Part shown: piece after piece, positions 17,413 through 26,904 of the stretch
Layout: each line of letters starts with the position of its first letter
How positions within the stretch are numbered: position 1 is the first letter of the stretch
Assembly: GCF_020073745.1 (NCBI RefSeq)
Contig: NZ_JAIRAU010000047.1
Coordinates: 1-29,989 of the forward strand
Length of the DNA stretch: 29,989 nt
DNA from: Nannocystis pusilla
GTDB lineage: Bacteria > Myxococcota_A > Polyangia > Nannocystales > Nannocystaceae
Direction: 5' to 3'
Notes under the pieces: generated by a model
Seen by the model: the letters and a program-made list of their open reading frames with translations, nothing else
Told to the model about the DNA's origin: nothing
Databases searched by the model: none
Program-made: the position numbers and the translations under genes

Positions 17413-19740
17413 TCAACCCGGCGCCGGCGCGGTCTTGCGGCTCTCGGCGACGATCCGCACCAGGTCGGCCTCGTCCTCGCACAGCGCGACGATGAGGTCG
17501 CCCGGCGCCACCGCCTCGTCGGGCCGCGGGTTGACGATGAGCCGTCGGCGCAGCTCCGCGTGCGACGACCCGCCCGCCGGCACCTTCCCGCCCGGATCCG
17601 CCGCGCGGTACAGCCCCAGGGGCACCGCGCCCCCGCGCCCTTGCACCTCGAGCAGCGCGCGCCGGACCTTGCGCCACGGCTGTCCGATCAGCCAGGTGGG
17701 CGCCGGCGCCGTGTACACCTCGGCGTTGTCGTCGGCGAACGCGACCACCCGGTTGAACAGCTCCGCGAACGCGCGGTCGCGGCAGGCCATCACCAGCCAG
17801 CGGTGCGCCAGCGCCTGGCAGTCGACCGGCACCAGCCAGCCCGCGAACGGCGAGAACACCTCCTCGCGCTCCGCGTCGGACGTCTCCACCAGCGTCACCG
17901 GCAGCGCCGGCGCGGTGCGGGCGATCTCGACCGACGTCGCCGCCACCCCCAGCGTGCGCGCGCGCTGACCTCCGCCCACCGGATCGCGCGCGCACGCCTG
18001 ATGGACCGCGCGGGCGATCCGCAGCGGATCGTAGCCCTCGCCGCCCGCGTCGCCGTCGCCGAGCACGATCACCCGCGCCGCCCGCGGCAGCCGCAGCCCG
18101 GCCAGGTCCTCCGGCACCTCGGGGTTCGAGTGGTGGATCGTCAGCGCCTTGACCCGCGCCAACTGCAGCCGCACGCGCCGCGGCAGCGCGTCCGAGACCA
18201 CCACGTGCAGCGCCCGCGTGCGCGTCGGCCCCGGGCTGCGCAGCAGGCGGATCAGCGGCAGCATGTCCTCGCGGAAGTTGAGCACCACCAGGTGGTGCTT
18301 CAGCCGCCGCCACAGCCGCGTCTGCTCCTGCGCGAAGATGTTGGTCAGCGTCGCCGTGAACCACGCGAGCAGGCCGAGCCCGAGGATCGTCGCCGCCGCC
18401 CCGACCAGCCGCGCCGTCGGCGTCTTCAGCGTGTCGGTGGTGAAGTTGCCGGTGGCGAACGTGTTCATCTCCCAGAACGAGTCGTTCAGCGTCCGCAACC
18501 TGGCGTTCGAGTCATGTTCTAGAGACCAGACGATGAACGTCGACAGCGTCACCACGCAGGCGAACGCCGCGAACGGCACCAGCGGGTTCGACAGCTGGCT
18601 CTCGAGCCCGGCCCCCGGGACCCGGCGGCGGCGCAGCGCCCGGCGGATCAGGTACAGCGCCAGCCCGAGCGCCGCCGCCGACGCCCCCGCCTGCAGCCAC
18701 GCCGTCCGGCGCTCGCTGGTCTCGTGGATCTCCGCCACCGGGTGGAGCGGGATCGGCTCGCGCTCGGCGAAGCCGCGCCACTCGACGTTCACCCCGAGGC
18801 CCGCGTACTGCTCGTCGCGCTCGAGCTTGCGCAGCCCGTGGATCATCGCCTCCACCGCCAGCCGGCGGTCGGCCAGGAACGCCTCGTCCGCCAGACGCTC
18901 GCGCGGCGTCGCCATCAGCACCACCGAGCTCACGCACACCGTCGGCAGGCTGAACTCGAGGCCCGGATAGGTCCCGGTCTCGATCGGGCAGATCCGGTAG
19001 TACGGGTAGCCGTCGATCAGCCGGTTCAGCACCGCCTCGGGCAGCGGGTTCAGCGTCGCCAGCCCCGACGCCAGCACGTCGCGGATCTCCGCGTGTCCGA
19101 GCTCGGTGGTGCGCAGCATCGTCAGCACCTCGCGGCGGCTCATCGCCACCAGCGCCTCCTGGGCGCTGCCCATGAACAGCGGCAGCGACTCCGCCGTGTG
19201 CCCCGCCGCGCCGAGGATCACCTTCGCCGTCTCGTAGCTGCCCGAGCCGTCCTTGCCCATGAACAGCGCCTCGCGGCCGATGTCGGTGAAGTCGTCGAGC
19301 CGGACCGGCCGGCGCACCAGCACGTGGACCGCCGCGTCGGTGACCGCCGCCACCACCTGCAGTTCGGCCTTGTCGGCCTCCTCCGGCGACAGCTTGCACA
19401 TCCACCCGCCCTTCGGCGTCGCGCCGCCGCCCGCGCCGGCGTCGGCCTGCCCGGCCTTGTACGCCTCCGCGGCCACGTCGTACTGCACCAGCGCCACGTC
19501 GAGCTCGCCCGACAGCAGCTTGTGCACGTTCTCGCACGACCCCTTGGTCGTCTCCGGAACCACCGTCACGCGGCCCTCGCCGCGGACCGCCTCGGCCAGC
19601 GCCCGGACCATCGCGTCGAACCCGCCGCCCTTGCTGCCCGAGCCGAAGCGGACCTCGATCGCCTCGCCGGCCCGCGCGCTGCCTGCCTGAAAGAGCATGC
19701 CCACGAGGACAGGCCCGAACAGCCATGTCCGCTTGAACAT
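17413..19740 (-). CDS. Fusion protein: TAXI-family (TRAP-associated) solute-binding domain, then transmembrane pore module, then tandem RCK-like domains; a putative ligand-gated ion channel.
   Basis: Signal MFKRTWLFGPVLVGMLFQAGSARA. TAXI-like RFGSGSKGGGFDAMVRALAEAV. TM helices flank a pore-helix-like FWEMNTFATGNFTTDT (compare K-channel FWxxxTxTTVGYGD). Rossmann-like HLVVLNF.. and HVVVSD.. domains follow. The first ATG is at 19740; a TTG at 19770 is an alternative. Confidence 0.8.
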   Translation of the reverse strand: MFKRTWLFGPVLVGMLFQAGSARAGEAIEVRFGSGSKGGGFDAMVRALAEAVRGEGRVTVVPETTKGSCENVHKLLSGELDVALVQYDVAAEAYKAGQADAGAGGGATPKGGWMCKLSPEEADKAELQVVAAVTDAAVHVLVRRPVRLDDFTDIGREALFMGKDGSGSYETAKVILGAAGHTAESLPLFMGSAQEALVAMSRREVLTMLRTTELGHAEIRDVLASGLATLNPLPEAVLNRLIDGYPYYRICPIETGTYPGLEFSLPTVCVSSVVLMATPRERLADEAFLADRRLAVEAMIHGLRKLERDEQYAGLGVNVEWRGFAEREPIPLHPVAEIHETSERRTAWLQAGASAAALGLALYLIRRALRRRRVPGAGLESQLSNPLVPFAAFACVVTLSTFIVWSLEHDSNARLRTLNDSFWEMNTFATGNFTTDTLKTPTARLVGAAATILGLGLLAWFTATLTNIFAQEQTRLWRRLKHHLVVLNFREDMLPLIRLLRSPGPTRTRALHVVVSDALPRRVRLQLARVKALTIHHSNPEVPEDLAGLRLPRAARVIVLGDGDAGGEGYDPLRIARAVHQACARDPVGGGQRARTLGVAATSVEIARTAPALPVTLVETSDAEREEVFSPFAGWLVPVDCQALAHRWLVMACRDRAFAELFNRVVAFADDNAEVYTAPAPTWLIGQPWRKVRRALLEVQGRGGAVPLGLYRAADPGGKVPAGGSSHAELRRRLIVNPRPDEAVAPGDLIVALCEDEADLVRIVAESRKTAPAPG

Positions 19741-19765
19741 GCCCTTGGGGGCAGGCCCGCTCCGC
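19686..19765. repeat. Decamer cluster GAGCATGCCC (19693-19702), AGCCATGTCC (19721-19730), GAACATGCCC (19736-19745) plus GGGGGCAGGCCC; it overlaps the start and signal-peptide codons of the channel gene.
   Basis: It is directly visible. The codons in this segment include several rare ones (CCT, ACA, TTT, GCA). Confidence 0.6.
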
Positions 19766-19921
19766 CTCAACCTCCCACCTCCGCGCCCTCGTCCCGGCGC
19801 TGCCGACCCCGCGCGGGTCCCCTGCGCGTCGAGGCTGCCGCGCGCCTGCGGGCTCGCGCGCCCGTCGCGTGCCCGATCGGCCGTGTCCTCGCCGACACGC
19901 TCTGCGAAGCCCTGCGCCCCG

Positions 19922-20635
19922 TCACTCCGCCTCTCCCGTCAGCACCAGCAGCGCGCTGGCGTCGCGCAGGGGCCGGCCCGGGGCCGGGCTCAGCAGCATC
20001 GCCGGCTCTGCCCCCTCACCCGGCGCGAACAGCCCGATCAGCGTCACCGGGCGCCCGCAGCGGTCGACCTCGATCTCGAGGCAGGCCTCGCGGAACGTCC
20101 GCGCGCGCAGCTCCGGCGGCACCGGCCAGGTCTCGGCGCGCAGGCGGCCGGACAGCAGCGCCAGCATGAAGCGGAACGCCCCGAGGTCGACGCACGCGTG
20201 GGCCAGCAGGGCCGCGCGCAGGAAGCCCGGGTAGAAGATCGTCGCCACCCCGAGCCCCTCGAACTCGTGGGTCGCCTCCGGGTCCTCGACCGCCACCACC
20301 ACGTGCGGCGGCCCGCCCTTGCACGCCCGCTGGATCGCCGTGCACACCAGGCGCGAGAACGCGTCGGTCTCGCCGTGCCCGCGCAGCGGCAGCACCACGA
20401 TCGCGTCGGCGGCCGGCAGGTCGGCCGTGTCGGCGAAGAAGCGCGCCAGCGCCTCGACCCCGCCGCTCGCCGATCCCTGCCAGTACCTTTCGACATGTCC
20501 TTCGGGCAAGCTCGCCAGCGCCGGCGCCACCGCCTCCGCCGGCGCCGGCCCGATCAGCGTCAGCGCCGGGCGCGGCTCCGCGGCCGCGATCGCGCGCACC
20601 AGCCCCAGCGCCTCCGGCGTCCAGTGAATCACCAC
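19922..20635 (-). CDS. Stand-alone RCK/TrkA-like regulatory domain protein, paralogous to the C-terminal part of the adjacent channel.
   Basis: VVIHWTPEALGLVRAIAAA..HVVVAVEDPEATHEF resembles the RCK regions of the 17413-19740 gene. The GTG start at 20635 is inferred; the ORF is open to 20947, but the upstream part is Ala/Gly-rich low complexity. The stop at 19922 is clear. Confidence 0.5.
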   Translation of the reverse strand: MVIHWTPEALGLVRAIAAAEPRPALTLIGPAPAEAVAPALASLPEGHVERYWQGSASGGVEALARFFADTADLPAADAIVVLPLRGHGETDAFSRLVCTAIQRACKGGPPHVVVAVEDPEATHEFEGLGVATIFYPGFLRAALLAHACVDLGAFRFMLALLSGRLRAETWPVPPELRARTFREACLEIEVDRCGRPVTLIGLFAPGEGAEPAMLLSPAPGRPLRDASALLVLTGEAE

Positions 20636-21075
20636 CCAGCGCGGCCGAGACGGCCCTGCAGGCGCCGTGGCGAGCTCCTCCGCCGCAGCCGCCGTGTCCC
20701 CGCGATCCGTCACGCCGGCGCGAGCGTCCGCCCGCGCGCCGCCGCCTGTCAAGCCGCCCGCGCCTTTCGCCGTCGACACCATGTCCGCCCGGACAGCCGC
20801 CCAGCGTGCGCGGTGCATCGGCGCGACTTCCGTCGGCCGCCGCTCGCCGCCTGAAGGTGAATTCACCGCACCGCCGAGTCTCCGTCTCTTCGCGGGCGAC
20901 CGCGCTGCCGCCCCGCGGACGGCAGCGGCCGCGCCCCGCTCGGTCACGCCCTGCCTCGCGTGCCTGCTCGGCCGCGTGCTAGCGTCGCCGCCTGCGTTCC
21001 ACCGAGCTCCTCGCGCTGGCGCTCATCGCGCTGGTCTCTTTCGGCCTCAGCTACATCGGCGCCACCGTCGGCCTC

Positions 21076-21783
21076 GTGCTCGGCCAGCTGCGGGTGGCCC
21101 TCCTCGTCTACGTCCTCGGCAGCCCGGTGATCGGCGCCGCCACCAGCCTCGCCATCTCGACCGCGGGCACCCTCACCGGCACCCTGCGGCACGCCCGCGA
21201 GGGCCGCGTCAGCCCGTGGCTGCTCGCCACCGTCGGCGCGCCCTCGGCCCTGGCCGCCTTCCTCACCGCGCGCTGGGCCGGCAGCATCGACGCCCGCGCG
21301 CTCAAGGCCGCGATCGCCGTCGTCCTGCTGCTGACCGGCCTGAGCATGTCACGTCGCCGGCCCGAGCCCACCGGTCCTTCGGAACATGTCTCTTCACGCA
21401 GCTTCGCCGTCGCCGCCGAGGTCGTCGTCGGCACCGCTCTCGGCGCGATCTCGGGCCTCGTCGGCCTCCTCCTCGGCAGCCTGCGCCTGCCGGCGATGAT
21501 CCGCTACGCCCGCGTCCCGCCGCCCGTGGCCGTCGGCACCAACATGGCGATCGGCGCCGTCACCGGGCTGTCGGCGGGCGTCGCCACCTTCCTCGAGGGA
21601 CAGGTCCACTTCGGCGCCTTCGCGGTCGTCACCCCGCTCACCCTGCTCGGCGCCAACCTCGGCGCCCGCCGCACCGGCCGCCTCGACGAGGCCAGCCTGC
21701 GCCGCTGGATCGCCTGGATCCTCCTGCTCTCCGCCGCCCTCATGCTCGGCGAGCTGGGCGTGGCCCTCTACCGCGCCGGCTGA
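21076..21783 (+). CDS. TauE/SafE-family (DUF81) membrane exporter.
   Basis: It is a multi-TM protein with the conserved glycine-rich first helix IGATVGLVLG and the paired motif in the second half (VAVGTNMAIGAVTGL). The first canonical start is the GTG at 21076, but the conserved helix is encoded upstream in the same frame (open from 20983), so the true N-terminus is uncertain. Confidence 0.65.
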   Translation: MLGQLRVALLVYVLGSPVIGAATSLAISTAGTLTGTLRHAREGRVSPWLLATVGAPSALAAFLTARWAGSIDARALKAAIAVVLLLTGLSMSRRRPEPTGPSEHVSSRSFAVAAEVVVGTALGAISGLVGLLLGSLRLPAMIRYARVPPPVAVGTNMAIGAVTGLSAGVATFLEGQVHFGAFAVVTPLTLLGANLGARRTGRLDEASLRRWIAWILLLSAALMLGELGVALYRAG

Positions 21784-21841
21784 GCCAATGCGGCGCGTTG
21801 ACCGCCCATGCCCGAGGCGGTAAGACAACCTGCAGAAGCTC

Positions 21842-22981
21842 ATGGCCCCGAATTGGAAGGCGCTGGCCCCTCACCGTCCGCTCGATCCGGGCGAGGCCGG
21901 CTACGTCTCCCCGCCCTCCGGCTACGCCGAGCGAGTCGCCCGCCTCGTCGAGACGGGAACTTCGACCGTCCTGGTCGGCGGCCCGGTCGGTGTCGGCAAG
22001 AGCACCGAGCTCGCACGGATCGCCTCGCTCCTCCGAGACACGCGCGTCGCCTGCCTGGTGCAGCTCGACCGTTATGAAAACATCCGTCGCCTCACCGCCG
22101 ATCAGATGCTCCTTCGGCTGGCCGGAAAAATTGTCGAGTACGCCAGCGCCACGCTCCGGATCCGCCCCTCGATGTCGCTCGTCGCCGCATTGAGCGGCGC
22201 GGGTGTGGCCTCCCCGAGCGTCCTCGGTGGCATGCAAATGCCAGCCGCGCCGTTCACGGGCAGTCCGCTCTCGCTCCTGCAGGCGGCCCGCGACGAAGTC
22301 ACACGCCGCGCGCATGGTCTTCGGCTCGCGGTGATTTGCGACGGGCTCGAGAAGATGCCCGAATCAGCCCAATCGCTGGAGGTGCTTGCGACCCTCGGCC
22401 AGCTCGGCGACGACATCGACATCATCGCTGCCGTGCCATGGTTCGTCGCCTTCGGAGCCGCGGAAGACATCATCCGTCCCGGCGCTTTGTTCGCGCCCGT
22501 GCCCGTGTGCGAAGTCGATGGCCCGCAGGGGCCGCGTGGCTGCCGATTCCTCGCAGACATCCTGGCAGAGCGGCTCGGGATGACCCCAGGAGCGTTGGCC
22601 GCGGCCGAGAGAGCCAGACCGGGGCTCGCGCAGGTCGTGGAGCTCGCACGATGGAGCGGCGGGCTTCCGCGCACATTCCTACAACTCGCGGCGGACGCCG
22701 CTCAGTACGCCCAGATCCGCCGCGGTGACGACTGGCCGGACGAGCGAGACCTCGCCGACGCCGTCTCTGACCAGAGAGACAGCTTCCGGCGCGCCCTGCT
22801 ACCGGGCGACACGGACGCGATCCGTGCCGTGCAGGGCACCGATGGGCGAGAGATGGAGTTGGACCGCAAGATCCGCCTGCTCGCGCGCGGCATCATCCTC
22901 GAGCGCCAACGCGGCGACCGCTGGGTGATGGACGTCCACCCGCTCGTCCTCCAACTCCTCGGGGGCTCGCGCGGTGCGTGA
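21842..22981 (+). CDS. P-loop NTPase, 379 aa.
   Basis: Walker A is VLVGGPVGVGKSTE and Walker B is LRLAVICDGLE. The N-terminal NWKALAPHRPLDPGE..Y resembles the N-termini of STAND / archaeal-ATPase-type AAA proteins. It is the first gene of the coupled operon. Confidence 0.8.
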   Translation: MAPNWKALAPHRPLDPGEAGYVSPPSGYAERVARLVETGTSTVLVGGPVGVGKSTELARIASLLRDTRVACLVQLDRYENIRRLTADQMLLRLAGKIVEYASATLRIRPSMSLVAALSGAGVASPSVLGGMQMPAAPFTGSPLSLLQAARDEVTRRAHGLRLAVICDGLEKMPESAQSLEVLATLGQLGDDIDIIAAVPWFVAFGAAEDIIRPGALFAPVPVCEVDGPQGPRGCRFLADILAERLGMTPGALAAAERARPGLAQVVELARWSGGLPRTFLQLAADAAQYAQIRRGDDWPDERDLADAVSDQRDSFRRALLPGDTDAIRAVQGTDGREMELDRKIRLLARGIILERQRGDRWVMDVHPLVLQLLGGSRGA

Positions 22982-23516
22982 ACCCGGCGTCGCCCTCGCC
23001 GGCGCGCTCGCGCGCGACGAGGGCGGCCTCGCCATCGTCACGTGCCCCGATCTCGACCTGCGCGACTGGCTCGTCCGCGAGGTCGAGAGCCTCGCGCCCA
23101 CCGACGCCGACCCCTTTCGCACGAGCTCCGTCGCCGACGCGCTGCGCGAACCGAACCGCATGGCCTTGCTCGTCCCGAACGACGAGGCCGAGGTCGTGCG
23201 CGACCTCGACGCCTGCCGCGACCAGGCGCTGAACCCTCCGCGCACCCAGCCGATCGTCCTCTTCTTGCTCCGTCAGGGGGACGGCCACCGCGTCCTCGCC
23301 ACCGAGGCGCCGAGCGCCTGGAGCTGGGCCAGCGGCAGCGACGTCGACCCCGAGAAGCTCGCCGAGCTCGACATCGACGCCGAGCGCGCGGCCTTCGAGC
23401 AGGACACCGGCAGCGCCCCCGAGGCGTGGCTCGTGCCCTGGCGCGCAGGCCGGCTCCCGCGCACCCAGGAGAACTACACGCAGGCGTTCTGGGCCATGAC
23501 GCTGGAGCGGTCATGA
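22974..23516 (+). CDS. Hypothetical protein, 180 aa; its start overlaps the upstream stop.
   Basis: The GTG at 22974 overlaps the TGA at 22979-22981. Codon bias is excellent throughout. Confidence 0.7.
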   Translation: MREPGVALAGALARDEGGLAIVTCPDLDLRDWLVREVESLAPTDADPFRTSSVADALREPNRMALLVPNDEAEVVRDLDACRDQALNPPRTQPIVLFLLRQGDGHRVLATEAPSAWSWASGSDVDPEKLAELDIDAERAAFEQDTGSAPEAWLVPWRAGRLPRTQENYTQAFWAMTLERS

Positions 23517-24136
23517 AAGCCTGGGCGGAGCTCTACCGCCAGCACCAGGCTTTGCGGGCGATGAGCGACCGCGAGGCCGCCAACGACGTCCGCAAGGTCC
23601 TGCGCAAGCTGTCCGAAAAGCCTTATGCCGTCCTCCGCCGCGACGCCCAGGCCCGGCTGGTCGAGGCTCGAGTGCCGCACAGCGCCTCGGTCCAGTACAC
23701 CCTCGGCCGCGAGCGCGCCGGCGAGGAGCTCGAGCTCGACACCTTACCCGACGTACTCCGCGACGTCGTCGCTCTCCGCTGCGCCAGGCTCGCCGTCCTC
23801 CTGCGCTTCGATCGCCGGGCCGAGCGCCTGCAGGAGCTCAACATCATGCTCCGCGGCCTGCGGCACGACGGCTCGCCGTGGGCCGTGGCCGTCCACCTCC
23901 CCCACGACAGCGACGCGAGGCCGCAAGGCGACCGCGACGGCCTCGGCGCTTGCGGTCACGCCGCCTTGCATTGCCACGTCGGGCCGACCCTCGACATCGC
24001 GCCCAAGGTCCGTGTGCCGTTCCCGCCGCTGGCACCGGCGCAGATCGTCGAGTGGGCAGTATCACAGGTCGTCCCCACCGCCGAGTTCGAGCCCGCCCCC
24101 TGGTCCGCCGTCGCGGCCATGCTTCGCCCATCGTGA
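23513..24136 (+). CDS. Hypothetical protein, 207 aa; ATGA start/stop overlap.
   Basis: The ATG at 23513 overlaps the TGA at 23514-23516. Codon bias is good. Confidence 0.7.
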   Translation: MKAWAELYRQHQALRAMSDREAANDVRKVLRKLSEKPYAVLRRDAQARLVEARVPHSASVQYTLGRERAGEELELDTLPDVLRDVVALRCARLAVLLRFDRRAERLQELNIMLRGLRHDGSPWAVAVHLPHDSDARPQGDRDGLGACGHAALHCHVGPTLDIAPKVRVPFPPLAPAQIVEWAVSQVVPTAEFEPAPWSAVAAMLRPS

Positions 24137-25934
24137 TCGTGACCGAGCTCGAGCGCTTCCTCGCCTTCGCCGGGCGGGCCGTCCCTGCCGCGTTCGGCGC
24201 CGGCCTCGAACCCGCCGCGCTCCGCGCCCACTGGCGCCGCGCCGGCCAAGCGATCGGCGCCCGGCTCGTCCTCGCCTGCGCGCGCGAGCGGCTCGTCGAG
24301 AGTGACCTGCAGGACATGTCCCTTCAGACATGCTCATTGAGCCTCCCGCTGCGGCGCCTGCGGGCCTTCGAGTTGCACGCCGCCGACCTCGACGCCAGCG
24401 ACCTCCCCGAGCTCGCCGAGCTGCTCCCGCGCCTGCTCCCCGCCCTCGCCCCGCCGGTGCGCGCCCGCCTCGCGCGCGAGCTCGGCGACAGCCGCTGGAA
24501 CCTCGCCCTCGCCCGGGTCGCCGCCGACCTGCGCGAACGGACATGCTCCATGGGACACCTCTGGCGCGGCCCGCTCGACCCCGAGAACCTGGTCGTCGAC
24601 GGCCACCCCTGGCACCCCATGAGCAAGACCCGGCTCGGCCTGCGCGCCTGGGAGGACCTGCGCCACGGCCCCGATCAGCTGGCCCAGGCGCCCGTCCACG
24701 CCGTCGACCTCGCCCGCGGCGACGCCCTGCTCGCCGCCGAGGCGGTCTTTGCCGACATCTCGCGCGAGCTGTTCCCCGCCCCCGCGCCCGGGTACGTCCG
24801 CCTGCCCGTCCACGCGCTCCAGCTGCGCCGGCTGCCGCGCCTGCTCGGCCCGCTGTGGGGCGACCGCGTGCGGCCCGTCGCCGTCGCGCCGCGGTCGGCG
24901 CGGGCCCTGCTCAGCCTGCGCACCGTCGCCCTCGCCGTTCCCGCGCTGCACCTCAAGCTCGCCGTCGACATCCACACCACCAGCGCGCGGCGGCAGGTCT
25001 CGCCCGCCTCCGTCCACAACGGCCCGCCGATCGCCGCGCTGCTGCGCCGGATCCAGGCCGCCGATCCGCACACCCGCCGCGGCCTGCGGATCCAGCCCGA
25101 CCTCGCCGCCGCCGGCCTCGACCCGCGCCATGGGCCCGTCGCCGGCCAGCTCGGCGTGGTCGTCCGCCCCGACCTCGCCCCGCTCGCCCGCGAGGTCGCC
25201 CGCGACCCGGCCCCTCCTCTGGGACATGCTCCCAGCGACATGTCCCCGAGCACATTCCCCGTCGAACATGTCCCCGAGGTCATCGTCTGCGCCGCCCTCG
25301 GCGAGCGCCGGCCGGGCGGCGACCTGCTGCTGCGCGAGCTCGCGGCCGCCTACCCGGGCGACCTGCGCGTCCGCCTCGCCGCCTTCTTCGCCGACTACCT
25401 CGACCAGCTCGTCCCGCCGCTGCTGCGCCTCCTCACCGCCCACGGCGTCGCCCTCGAGGCCCACCTGCAGAACGCCCTGCTCGTGCACGCAGGCGGCCGC
25501 CCGCGGGGCTTCCTCGTCCGCGACCTCGGGGGCGTGCGGCTCCACCGCGGCCGCCTCGCCGCCGGCGGTCACGCGCCCGCGCTCGCGTCCGACTCGTTCG
25601 TGATCACGCACGAGCTCGCCGAGGCCCAGGGCAAGCTGATGCACACGCTGGTGCACGCACACCTCGCGGCGGTGATCGGCTGGGTCGACGACGCCGGCGG
25701 CCCCGACCCGGCGCAGCTGTGGCCGGAGGTGCGGCGGATCTTCCAGCACCACCTCGAGCGCTGGTCGACCGAGCCCGCGCTGGCGCGCGCGTGCGCCGAC
25801 GATCGCGCGTTCTTCGGCGCGGCCACCTGCCGCAGCAAGGCGCTGCTCGCCATGCGCATCGACGAGCGCGTCAGCGATTACGCCTATACCGAGGTCGCCA
25901 ACGCGCTCGCCGCCGGGTACTCTTCCCCCGCCGC

Positions 25935-25938
<4 letters not shown>
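24133..25938 (+). CDS. IucA/IucC-family (NRPS-independent siderophore synthetase-like) adenylating amide/ester ligase.
   Basis: [21 protein letters not shown] (compare PVHPWQ), [34 protein letters not shown] and RDLGGVRL match the family motifs as I remember them. GTGA overlaps the upstream stop. Three in-frame repeat-motif segments lie at 24312-24335, 24538-24557 and 25221-25277. Confidence 0.8.
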
Positions 25939-26866
<928 letters not shown>

Positions 26867-26882
<16 letters not shown>

Positions 26883-26903
26883 ACCCTGTCCCAGGAGACA
26901 TTG
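26867..26903. repeat. GGACATGTCC (26867-26876) plus ACCCTGTCCCAGGAGACATTG; the second part contains the AGGAGA ribosome-binding site for nadE.
   Basis: It is directly visible and spans the Prs-like stop and the 22-bp gap before nadE. Confidence 0.6.
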
Positions 26904-26904
26904 A

